In this document: positions 50,287 to 64,000 of the stretch, one piece after another
How positions within the stretch are numbered: the first letter of the stretch is position 1
Layout: every line of letters starts with the position of its first letter
Source of the DNA: the human T2T-CHM13v2.0 reference genome, Homo sapiens
Length of the DNA stretch: 64,000 nucleotides
Assembly: GCF_009914755.1 (NCBI RefSeq)
Contig: NC_060934.1
Strand: one strand, 5' to 3'
The notes under the pieces: model-generated
The model's database searches: none
Told to the model about the DNA's origin: nothing
What the model saw: only the letters and a program-made list of their open reading frames with translations
Position numbers and translations under genes: made by a program

Positions 50287-51461
50287 CTTGAGTAATCAAG
50301 TACGGACAAAGAAAAATTAGGAAATAATTAAAATTCAACTGTTAAACTTAGTCTATGTTTAGTTACTCCCAAATCACTGGATTGTAACTAAGAAGTAAAA
50401 ACTAATTTGCCTTAGCCTAAAATAGGAGAAAAACATGAACCAGCAAAGTTAAGTTTATCACTGTTCCTTTGGATTAAACTTAATTCATTATGTGTTAAAT
50501 CTACCAAAAATAAATTAGCAGATGATTTGTAGCATTATAAAGGCATCCTCATTTTAAAAGATTTTACCTTACCATACCTCAAATACTGAGCCCCTACAGT
50601 GCATTTAAGTACTTTTTGTAAAGATTTCTAACTGGAGAGTAGGGAAAGTTTAAATTATTAGGAGCCAAAATAAACACCAATCAGAAAGAAAAGTTAACTC
50701 TTACATTTTAATTGAAATTATATACCATAATATGGTGTTATGCATCTGTATAAACTATATAAGACTTAAGTCTAATTCTTAAATATCCTAAGGTTCATTA
50801 ATAGTGGATTTAAAAATTCTATAATATTTACTGATTTCCTAGACTGAAATAATCAGAAAGTTATTGTGTATATCCTAACAATGGAAAGATCCCATTCTGA
50901 AAGGAATGATTCTCTTAATAACTGGGTTGATTTTCTGACCTCATTCTTTCCCTGAATGTAGACACTGAAATCAACAGGGATCACAAGGCAGAATAAATCT
51001 TTAACCTTGGAATCAGTGACCAGCAATATAAGAATGTAAATCCTGAACCACTGGGAATGATTACTCCTTTAAGATGAATCCAACTCAGTGGCCATCAGTG
51101 TTAAAATGTTCATAATTTCTACTGCTTAATAATATGATTCAATATTTGATGTTACCATCTTTATCATATAAGGAAGTTATAAAAATGAAAGAGGAAACAA
51201 TACTCAGGAAATTTCTGGCTTCAATTCCAAGGGTAAAGATTAACTATAACAAAAACAAAAACAAAAACAAAAGATTAGCTATAGGTTACTACACATTCTA
51301 AGAACATTTTAACTAGTCAAAACGTTTTTAATACTAAATATTAAATGATGATCTATTGATTCTAAAAGGCTAGTCTGAAAAGTAATTTCATTTGGACTAT
51401 GTTACATCATTAAAGCAAAGAAAACAATATTAAACCAGAAATTTTTAAAAATATATAATAC

Positions 51462-51532
51462 CTGTGGCTGGTTATTTTCACTCCCTTCCCTTTCTTGCTC
51501 TTCTTCTGATGCTACTTCTAAGTCATGTTCAG
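51462..51532 (-). CDS. ANKRD26: ANKRD26 coding exon (~16), 71 nt, AEHDLEVASEEEQEREGSENNQPQ
   Basis: ttttcag|CT ... CAG|gtatta; phase 1 to 0. Confidence 0.93.
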
Positions 51533-52445
51533 CTGAAAAAATCCAAATATTTAGTTTAATGAACTACTTAGAACAGTTAGGTAAAAGGTATAGTCTTTAC
51601 AGAAATAGAAAATAATATTTATTTTATTTTATAAATCGAGAGGGTTTTCTTCTATTTGTTTATGAGACAGGGCCTTACTCTGTCGCCCTAGCTGGAGTGC
51701 AGTGGCGCAATCACAAAGTTTCAATGAAGCCTAATCTTTAGTGGAATATTTACTTCTCAGTAAGAAATACTTCTAAGTATCAACTTAATGAGGTATCTAA
51801 TTAAAATTTCAACCATTATCTAAAACTTCAACAAACCACTTGGGGAAACTAGTAACACTAGACAATACCAGGTTCAACCCATACAAACATCTCAAATATT
51901 CACTCACAAATTCATTCACCCAACATAAATAAGCTAAACTGTCAGAAACAAAACAAAATTTTATGATACAGTAGGAATATATAAAGTAACATTGTATAAT
52001 GTTCTCTATAACAGTATCTTTTTAACAAGGCACAAAGAGTGTTTTTCATTATTAATGAATTCCAAAATTACTGCTACTTTTTACATCTTTATCATTGTAC
52101 ATCACGCTCCTTACATCTGAAATGTTTTCTGCTATTTTGACAAATTTTTTTTCATCTTTTAAGACTAAGATAGCTATGTGAAGTCTTCCTCGATTAGAGC
52201 TATCTTCCCCCAGATAAACAGGTGTCTCCTTCCTTGGGGCTGCCTTAGTACCTTATCTTTGTACTGTATCTTTTCCATCTGAACTGTATATTATTTATTT
52301 ATATGTTTATGCCCTTGCTCCCAGACGGTAGGGGACAATCTTTCAAGTTATCTTTGTATAAACAGTCTTTATCTATTTTACTCGATAATTATTTACTGAG
52401 TTCCTGCTAAGTTCTAAACACTGAGGTTTAAAGAATGTAAATAAG

Positions 52446-52730
52446 ACCGGGTACGGTGGCTCACATCTGTAATCCCAGCACTTTGGGAGGTCGAGGTGGG
52501 TGGATCACTTGAGGCCAGGAGTTCCAGACCAGCCTGGCCAACATGATGAAATGCCCTGTCTACTAAAAATATAAAAATGAGCTGGGCGTGGTGGTGGGTG
52601 CCTGTGATCCCAGCTACTCGGGAGGCTGAGTCAGGAAAATCACTTGAACCCGGGAGGCGGAGGTTGCGGAGAGCCAAGATCGTGCTGCTGCACTCCACTG
52701 AGACTCCATCACACACACAAAAAAAGAATG
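52446..52730 (+). mobile_element. Alu
   Basis: Dimeric Alu, 3' deletion, flanking aagaatgtaaataa repeat. Confidence 0.9.
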
Positions 52731-54317
52731 TAAATAAAAGTGTCAAAGATGGCTTTGCTAGAGATCATGCCTGAGTTGAGACTTAAAAAGTGAGGTTAGC
52801 CAGACTAAAAGGGGTAAAGGGCAGGAAAGGGTAACAGCATGCAAGGCAGCAACAAGAGAGGGAAAGAAGCCTCAAATAGCGTTATATATTTGTCTAAAAT
52901 ACAAGCACCAGAGAAGAGAGCATCACCAGCAGTTGAGTAATCCCAGAGAAAAGGGCAGAAAGGGGAAAGGGCTAAAGATGGAGAGTTAGGCAGAAGTCAG
53001 ATGATGAAAGCCTTATATGTAATCTTAAGATGTTTGAACATTTATGCTTTCAAGAGGGACTCAAGGTCCTATTTGCATTGGAGACAGATCACCCTAAATA
53101 CTGTGGAGAGAATGAATTTCAGGGGCATATGAATAAATAAAGGGAGATTAATTAGAAGACAATATTGCAGAACAAGGATAATGCAGGCCTAAACTGAGGG
53201 AATGTTTCCAAAAATATTTAGGATATAGAATATCAGTACCCAATACAGAGTGAATTTTTATTAAATGAATAGATGTATATATCTGGGTCCCTGGAGAGCT
53301 AGACTCTATTCATTACCTTATAAAAGGTATTAAATGAGAAGTGAAACAATCTACAGGCACTGTTTAAGTTGTTTACTTCATACTTTTTCTGTTTCATGTC
53401 TTCCTGTGTTAAGGGATTTCATTTAGGTATTTTGTTTTAAAAGTCCTGCTTCTTGGATCTACTAAGCTCATGAAGAAATGAGAGCAAACAAGCATATATA
53501 TGTATAGGTGAGTAACTTTAGATTTATAGCTTGCAGTCACTACTCTAGGGGATAACTGATCATCTTCTGTAAAATACAACATTAATTCTACAAGTAAGGG
53601 GGAAAAAGAAAACAAAACTATTGGGATAAAAAAATTATATGATTTATTACTGTAGACCAGATCACATGATTAAGGGCACCGAGTTAAACTGGTACATAAA
53701 GTAAAACACATTAGATGCAGTTAATCAACAGACTGGGTGTCCTAAAAGAATTATTAATAAAATTGAATTTCATATATCTTTTTTAAATGATAGAGCACTC
53801 CTTAAAACAAATATTCCTAGTGAACAACTATTCATTAAAACAAGGTGACAGACTATGTGTACACAGCTGGGGATACACTATAGAGCAAATTCTCAATGAT
53901 TCCCACTAATACGGGGCAGTCCACTCTATAATATCTAAAGCCATAGAAATTATAAGAAATAATATTTGATTTGAATGGTGCTTTTTTGTTACATTACATG
54001 TAGTTATAACTAACACTTGTGAATTCAGAGCTGTAAAAATAAAGCATAAAAACCACATTGTGCTTGAGTAGGCAATCTTTAGATCTCTACCTAGTTTTCC
54101 ATCCAGTCCCAAAACTCTAAATATAACCCTGCTACTGACTCTCAAGTTTATGCTCTATACTGGCCTAAACAAAATTACTGTCCCTCCTAATTCTCTTTGT
54201 GATTCATAGATTGTTTTTGTTAGAGGAAGACTACAAATGCCCTGCTAAAAGGTATTTTGTCCGGTTGTAGGTTACATAAGGAGAATAAACACAAAGTACT
54301 TTCGCTAAAAATGATTC

Positions 54318-54957
<640 letters not shown>

Positions 54958-55012
54958 TTATGAAGCCAAGCAAAGGTACTCTAGGACTGAATTCTCTGTG
55001 CTTCTGTGTTAC

Positions 55013-55250
55013 CTTCTTTGCTTTTTGTTTTCTGGTAGCTGTGATTCACAAAGGTCATGGAGAGTATTATTCTCTAATAGAAACTAAGCTCCAATAGTAA
55101 TCTTTCCTTTAGCTGTTTGTCCCAGTTCTGCGGATGCTGACTGATTTTTGGTCACTGACTGTGATACAGATAGATATTTATCATTGATTTTCAAAGTCCC
55201 AGGTCTTTGGCAAGTCTTATTACTGAGGGTCAAACTAGTAGAGTCCCAAT
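55013..55250 (-). pseudogene. Decayed CCDC144-homologous exon (pseudoexon) with in-frame TAG and 3' frameshift
   Basis: gttttcag|AT TGG GAC... reads [75 protein letters not shown]; donor AAG|gtaaca; 238 nt is not a multiple of 3; resembles the recalled CCDC144A segment DWHPTNLTLSDETCQR...NDTLHDLCQSQLPENKESKE. Confidence 0.75.
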
Positions 55251-55798
55251 CTGAAAACTCTGAAAATAAAGTTTTCACTTATTAGAATGTAAATAATATA
55301 GGTTTGACTAACTTTCTTCATAGAAGAAGTCCCATGTCAACCTCTATGCTACAAACACACTACTCCTCCATGGTGAATTGTATTTTACATGTCCTTTACT
55401 TGCCATTTGCTCACAGAAGTTTAACTGACTGTCATCTCTCGGATTTTTTTCTGTTTTTATTTTTCAGTATTACTTATTTACTTTGATTCACTCAGCAATG
55501 TCTGTTACCTATTTTGTTTTCCATAAGAGATTTGTTTATTAATAATTAAGATTCTTCAGGGATATGAATTTTTTTATGAACAAACTTTATGTCTAACCAT
55601 TTTAGGTTTAAATATGGATGACAGTATTGTGTGTGTGTGTTTGTGTGTGTGTTCTAAAGACAAAAACATTTAATAAATAAACTTTAAATAAAAACTTATT
55701 ACAATGAAATGCTCTTTCCTCAACGTACCACTATGTTCAGAATTTACTTTTTAAGCCTTGGGTAAACATCAGAAATTTATAGACAAAATGATGGCCTT

Positions 55799-56374
<576 letters not shown>

Positions 56375-56663
56375 TTAAAACTGTGGTTCTAAATTTTGAT
56401 TTAAGAATCCCTAGAATCCAATATCCATTCAAGGGTACAAGAGGTCACATAATGCATAATATATTTGACATTTTCACTCTCATTTTCTGAGAAGTGTACA
56501 GTAGACTTTTTCGAAGCTAGGATGTATCGTAACATCATAAGCTAATGGTTCATGGGTCATAGCTCTAAAGTCTATTCAAATGCGTGGCTGTACATGCATG
56601 TATTTTCTATTTTTCAGTTTTAATTTCTAATATAATACATATCAACAGCTACAAACCACTTAA

Positions 56664-57354
<691 letters not shown>

Positions 57355-57729
57355 TGATTTTTATGTTTATTATTGTTTATCCGAATGAAGAGAGTTTAAT
57401 TAAATGTACAGTAATAAAATGGAATACTATAAAGAACTTAAACCAGAGCTACTTGTGTCGATACGGGTAGATCTGAAAAATATAATGCTAGGCAAACAAA
57501 AGAAAGTTGAAGAATGATATGTACAATGTACAACCATTTATATAAAATTCTAGGACATGTAAACAAATTCTATGTATTATTTATAGACGTATACATACAC
57601 AGGAAAATGTTTTAAAAGAGCATGGGAATGGGAACGATAGCGAATTCAGCGTGTTGGTTACCTCTATGCAATAATTTTTAATAGCATAAAAGGACCCCAA
57701 AGTCAAAAAGTTTCAGAATTGTTGTTTTA

Positions 57730-58355
<626 letters not shown>

Positions 58356-58485
58356 ATTTTTTTAAATCCTTCCAACAAATTTGGAGAAAAAAAGAATTAG
58401 GAATAAGAAAACTGTGAGCATTTCAAATATTTCAAAAATTTTAACGTACTTCCTTCCAAGATTAAATATATATTGCAACATTTAC

Positions 58486-58558
58486 CTGCTTTGGATGTTT
58501 GTACATCCTTCATTCCTCCTGCTTTATTTGGAACAGAATCTTTCATTTCAATGGTAGG
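58486..58558 (-). CDS. ANKRD26: ANKRD26 coding exon (~15), 73 nt, PTIEMKDSVPNKAGGMKDVQTSKA
   Basis: cattcag|CCT ... GCAG|gtaaat; phase 0 to 1; separated from the previous exon by a 94-nt intron. Confidence 0.93.
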
Positions 58559-58652
58559 CTGAATGGGTTTTGAAACAAAATGATTAATAAATAATGTATA
58601 CTTTATACAATATGCACTTAATAATTCAAGATAAAAATATAAAACTTATTAC

Positions 58653-58681
58653 CTTCAAGTGAAGATATCTCTCAGGAGACT
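58653..58681 (-). CDS. ANKRD26: ANKRD26 micro-exon (~14), 29 nt, ESPERYLHLK
   Basis: tttttag|AG ... AAG|gtaata; phase 1 to 0. Confidence 0.92.
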
Positions 58682-59284
58682 CTAAAAACCAAAAGGGACA
58701 TATAATCAATTATACATAAATATGACAAAGTCAATCATAAATTCATGCAGTGTTAGTATGACCAGAATCATCACGCTTGGTTTGAAAATGATTATGTTAA
58801 TTTTTGGGATGTTTTTTATTTTGGTTAGGACAGCAACATGACAGAAGTATACTGGAGAAAAAAACAGGAATATAGGTTTAATAAAACATGCAGTTATGAT
58901 TTGAATGTAAGATTATGTTCCAAGTGACTATAACTAAAATAGAAAAGTGCACATATACCAATGTGAGCATGCTGGTCGATGTGGAGAAAAGTAATCTTTA
59001 ATTAGAGGAGCAAATCATGACCCTGAGAGGAGAAATGTCAAGGCTGATGGTAAAATGCGACAGCATATCTTTAATGCAACACATCAGAATCATTTATACC
59101 ATTATACTACAAGTATTTATCATGTTCTTCAACTTGTCCTGTAATTTAGGAAGCACACAGTTATGATGCCACTTTACTTGGATATATAACTTATTTCTCA
59201 TCAGAGAAAGTGTTCTGAATTGATCAGCTTGGATATACACTTGTAGAATAACAGTTAACAAAAATACGCATTTTTTTTCCATAC

Positions 59285-59383
59285 CCATGTGGGCTACTGG
59301 CATGCCTACATTTCTTGTATCCTCTAGTTTAGCCATCTTAAAGTTTCTTGATCCACTCATGCAAGAAGGTATATAAAACACAT
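59285..59383 (-). CDS. ANKRD26: ANKRD26 coding exon (~13), 99 nt, DVFYIPSCMSGSRNFKMAKLEDTRNVGMPVAHM
   Basis: ttcttag|AT ... ATGG|gtatgg; lies within ORF 59094..59399; phase 1 to 1. Confidence 0.93.
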
Positions 59384-59699
59384 CTAAGAAATAATACATA
59401 ATAAGCTTTCAATATTGTAATATTTATCAAAAGGAAAAAATTTAATTGCCACAGAATTAGATATTAATAACATTTTATATTTCAAAATTAGTGCAGTTTT
59501 TTAAAATCAATGCAGTGTTTATTTAAAATAACAATTTTAGTATTCAAGGAATTATTAACTGTAATTTTTTCATTTCTAAAATGTTATCCTCTAAAGGATT
59601 TTATGAAACAGCTATCGTTATCAAAAAGCAACTTTAAGAAAAAAGCCAATGCTTCTATATTCAAATTAAACTCATTTGATTAATATCAATGCAACATCT

Positions 59700-59995
59700 A
59701 TTTTTTTTTTTTTTTTTTTGATACAGAGTCTCACTCTGTCACCCGGACTGTAGTGCAGTGGCAAAATCATGGCTCATTGCTCCCTGCAGCCTCAACCTCC
59801 CAGGCTCAAGCAATCCTCCTGCCTTAGCCTCCTGAACAGCCGAACTACAGGCCCATGCACCACCACGCCTAATTTTTGTATGTTTTTGTAGAGATGCAGT
59901 CTTGCCATGTTGCCCAGGCTGGTCTCAAACTCCTGGGCTCCAGCAACCCACCCACCTTGGCCTCCCAAAGTGCTGAGTGACAGGCAAACCACCAA
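59700..59995 (-). mobile_element. Alu (AluJ-like)
   Basis: Reverse Alu. Confidence 0.88.
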
Positions 59996-60524
59996 GATCA
60001 GTCCAAAGCAACATATATCTTTGATGTCTGATAGTTATAGAAAGGAGATATGAATCACTGTAGTTTACCCCAATTCTAGCATGCCCTCCTGCTTGCAATA
60101 ATCTCTGGAGCAGAAATGATCTAATCGTCTGTTTGAGTGTAAATGCAATGAATCCATCTGAAATGAGTTCTCTCAAGTTTCCTCATCGTTAACTCCAAGA
60201 TGACTTAGCTAACTTCTTTCTTTCTTCTCTTTCCCCACTCACGATCTCTCTTCTTTTGCAAAAGTAATCTCCAGATCTGTGGTCTTGATTCTTCCCATTC
60301 TATATTCTTTTTATGGAACATTCTCAGCACTTCTTTCCTCTTCATTTAACAATAGTTATCTTATATCTACAATTTCTATTTCTCCATCTCTTTGTTTCTT
60401 CTCCTCTGGAAGAAACATGCTCAGAAATAAAAGAAAAATAATGCTTTATTCTGATCCTGTTATGCCTTGAATTATTGTCCAATGACGCTTCTTTCAGATT
60501 TCTCAAAAAGGAAGTCTATACCCT

Positions 60525-60670
60525 TGTTACTCAGAGTGTGGTCCAAGGACCAGAAGCATCAGCATTATGTGGGAACTTACTAGAAATGCAGAACCCCAGG
60601 CCTGCTCAATCAAAATGTACATTTTAAACAAGATCCCCAGCTGATTTATTAAATTTTAAGAAGCTCTGGT
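60525..60670. mobile_element. MER5A (hAT-Charlie)
   Basis: GTGTGGTCC..ACCAGAAGCATCAGCATTA..GGGAACTTACTAGAAATGCAGAA..TTTAAACAAGATCCCCAG. Confidence 0.75.
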
Positions 60671-60899
60671 CCATACTTAGTTTGCTTCCACATTCTTTTA
60701 TGTTAGATTGCCCTCTTGGAATCTGGTGTCAAGCTCCTCCCTACTATGTCCCCCAAACTGAAATTGTATTGCAAGTCATAAAGTTGCTAGTGGGCTTTTA
60801 ATCATAGTATGGCTTCCTTGATCTCTCCATAACCAACCCTACTCTCTTCTTTCCAATTCTTTTCTTTTGGCCTTTGAGATACTATCCTATGAAGTAACA

Positions 60900-61904
<1,005 letters not shown>

Positions 61905-62129
61905 TAATGTATTTTGAAATGGATCTAATAATTCAGTTCCCTTAGTGGCACTAGCAATTTAATCTGTTGCTGACACCTAAGATATACAACTTATCACAAT
62001 TTTACCTCTCTTTATTCTTACTATGCATTTAATAGGTGATTTTCTTCGGCTATTAGAATATATCAACAGTCATGTTTTTAAATAAACACTCTGTCCAATG
62101 GCTTTTTAAAAATGAAATATAGCTCTTAC

Positions 62130-62223
62130 CTTCTGCTTGTTCATTTCCTATATTTTTTTCTTTTCCGTCTGCAGCCCCAGCTAAAGGATCAACATACTTC
62201 TGTGGAAAATTCTCAGAGATACT
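62130..62223 (-). CDS. ANKRD26: ANKRD26 coding exon (~12), 94 nt, SISENFPQKYVDPLAGAADGKEKNIGNEQAE
   Basis: ttaacag|AGT ... GAAG|gtaaga; phase 0 to 1. Confidence 0.93.
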
Positions 62224-63169
62224 CTGTTAAAATTAGTATCAATAATGAGTTTCAATTTTACAAAAAGAATGAATTGCTAAAGATTTTCTAATCACTTTCA
62301 AATATAATATGAATTTCCTATTTTAAAAGCAATTAGGCTTAAAAATAAGATAAGCATGTATTGAAAACCAAAACATTTCAATAAAGAACCTCATATATGC
62401 TCACTAGATTAAGCTTATCTTTTCATCTTCAGATGGCTATTGACTCTGCAAACCAAACATGGAAGTCCCAAGGACACATATTAACAGACAAAATATTAAC
62501 TTACGCGCACAGTTCAACAAGGAACTAATATCAAAAGACCTAACTCTACTTTGTATTCCCCACCAAAAATAAGAGGGGAGCTTCTCTGAACTTATTCCGG
62601 TTCGGGGGATGCCTGATTAAGAGGGAAAAAAAAGTGTATTTTAAAAAATAGAATACACTTGCTATAGTACAGCGTTAAACATTTAAAATATTTCTAATTA
62701 TAGAAATATTTAGTGTTAAGATATGTGGCATGATAAGAAACTCTGGAGTATGCCCTGTTAAGTATAAATACAACACTGCAGAAGCTGCTTCATTTAAGTA
62801 AACAATGGCTTAGAAAAATCTAAATACTTTTTGATACAACTTTTACTGATAGGAAAATGGTTGACTAAAATGAGAAAGCAGTAAGAAAAATTTTGCTTTA
62901 TGTTATGTCTAAAGAAAAGCAAGGAAATACAAGATACAGAATACAAACTCTCCCAATTAAGAAATAATTTCAAAAAAGTATAGCAAGCCTTCATAAAAAT
63001 AGAAGAATAAGAACATTTATGTATTAAGCATGTGAAATGTGCCAGGCACTTATTTGCACATTTTCTTTTCTATGCCCTATAATAATAAAAATGATGGTGA
63101 TGATGGTTACCCCGCTTCCTGCTTCTTGGTCATTCTAAGATGTTAAAAGCAAAATGATGAACAGATTTG

Positions 63170-63500
63170 AAGATTGTGCCCTCTGCCCAGAATGCCCTCC
63201 TTCTAGCCTTTCGGATGGCTGCTCCTTCTCTTCCTTTAGTTGGCAATCTAAGGTCACACTCAGAAAGATCTTCTCTGACTACAGAATTTCACTCCCATTT
63301 TGATCCCCATCCTAACTACAAACTCCCTCAATTTTCTCTAACCTAATACTTTGTTTTCTTCATATGAAGCACTTATAGTGACTTATAAGTGTTTGTGGTT
63401 TACTTGTTTTTCAGTTCCTACTAGTAGAGCATAAGCCCCCACCTTGTATATGCGGTGTCTAACAGCCTAGCACATGGTTGGTACTCAATAAACAGAAATT
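63170..63500. mobile_element. L2 3' fragment
   Basis: CCTAGCACATGGTTGGTACTCAATAAA; CCCTCTGCCCAGAATGCCCTCC. Confidence 0.6.
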
Positions 63501-64000
63501 TATTCAAGTTCAAACATTTAAAATCTCATTGGGAAGGTCTCAAGCGTCAATTCACTATATTCCTATAGGATATCTCCAGTAACTGTCTACTGAAACTTAT
63601 ACCCCAAATTAGAAATCCACATTCCTGTTCCAACTTTCCCTTTCTTTTCTTGACACTACTGCCTTCACGTTTACAAAAAGTACCCTGAATATTTATTGTC
63701 ACTGGAAATGATTTTGAAAATCATTTCTACTTATTACACTACCACTCAACCAAATTGTTATTATTTTCCATATTCTTCTTTCTCCTGAAATGTTCCCTGC
63801 AGATCTATACAAATATATATTAATACTTTAAAGTACCAGGCATTATCTTTTCAAGTTCTAAGTTGTCAAAAAACAAAAAAAAAAAAACAAAAAAAACTAC
63901 ATTCCAAACTGTTTCTCTCTGAATCTCATTAGGCCGTTTACTCATCCATACATAACACAGAATCATACACTTGGCCATAGGCTAACCTGAAATAATTCTT

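Noticed and set aside
58958-59068. Exon-like segment ending CACATTG|gtatat, similar to the end of exon ~13
   Set aside because: Weak acceptor, in-frame TAA, and similarity too short to support.
62575-62620. Short LTR-like motif CTTCTCTGAACTTATTCCGGTTCGGGGG
   Set aside because: Too short to assign to a family without a Dfam search.

Overview
Primate (human-like) genomic DNA, AT-rich and dense in Alu and L1 elements. The window holds the 3' three-quarters of ANKRD26 on the minus strand. I traced 23 GT-AG-bounded coding exons from 62223 down to the TGA stop at 3711-3713. They total 3864 nt and splice phase-consistently into one open frame of 1287 aa (SISENFPQKY...VLKKNYMI*); from recalled annotation these are exons 12-34. 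Most short ORFs in the track are Alu or L1 artefacts. I found no new biological system. The best observations are hidden exon-level structures inside the introns: (1) an intact, in-frame 1086-nt CCDC144-like cassette exon at 49201-50286 that the canonical splice path skips; (2) a decayed CCDC144-like pseudoexon at 55013-55250 with a stop and a frameshift, next to a head-to-head Alu pair; (3) a 103-bp, 98%-identical intronic copy of part of exon 31 at 17652-17754; (4) a NAGNAG acceptor behind a long AG-free zone; (5) a 5' U4 snRNA fragment; (6) a probable twin-primed inverted L1; (7) a full-length MER6. Exon numbers, paralogue comparisons and repeat subfamily names come from recall, not from a database search.
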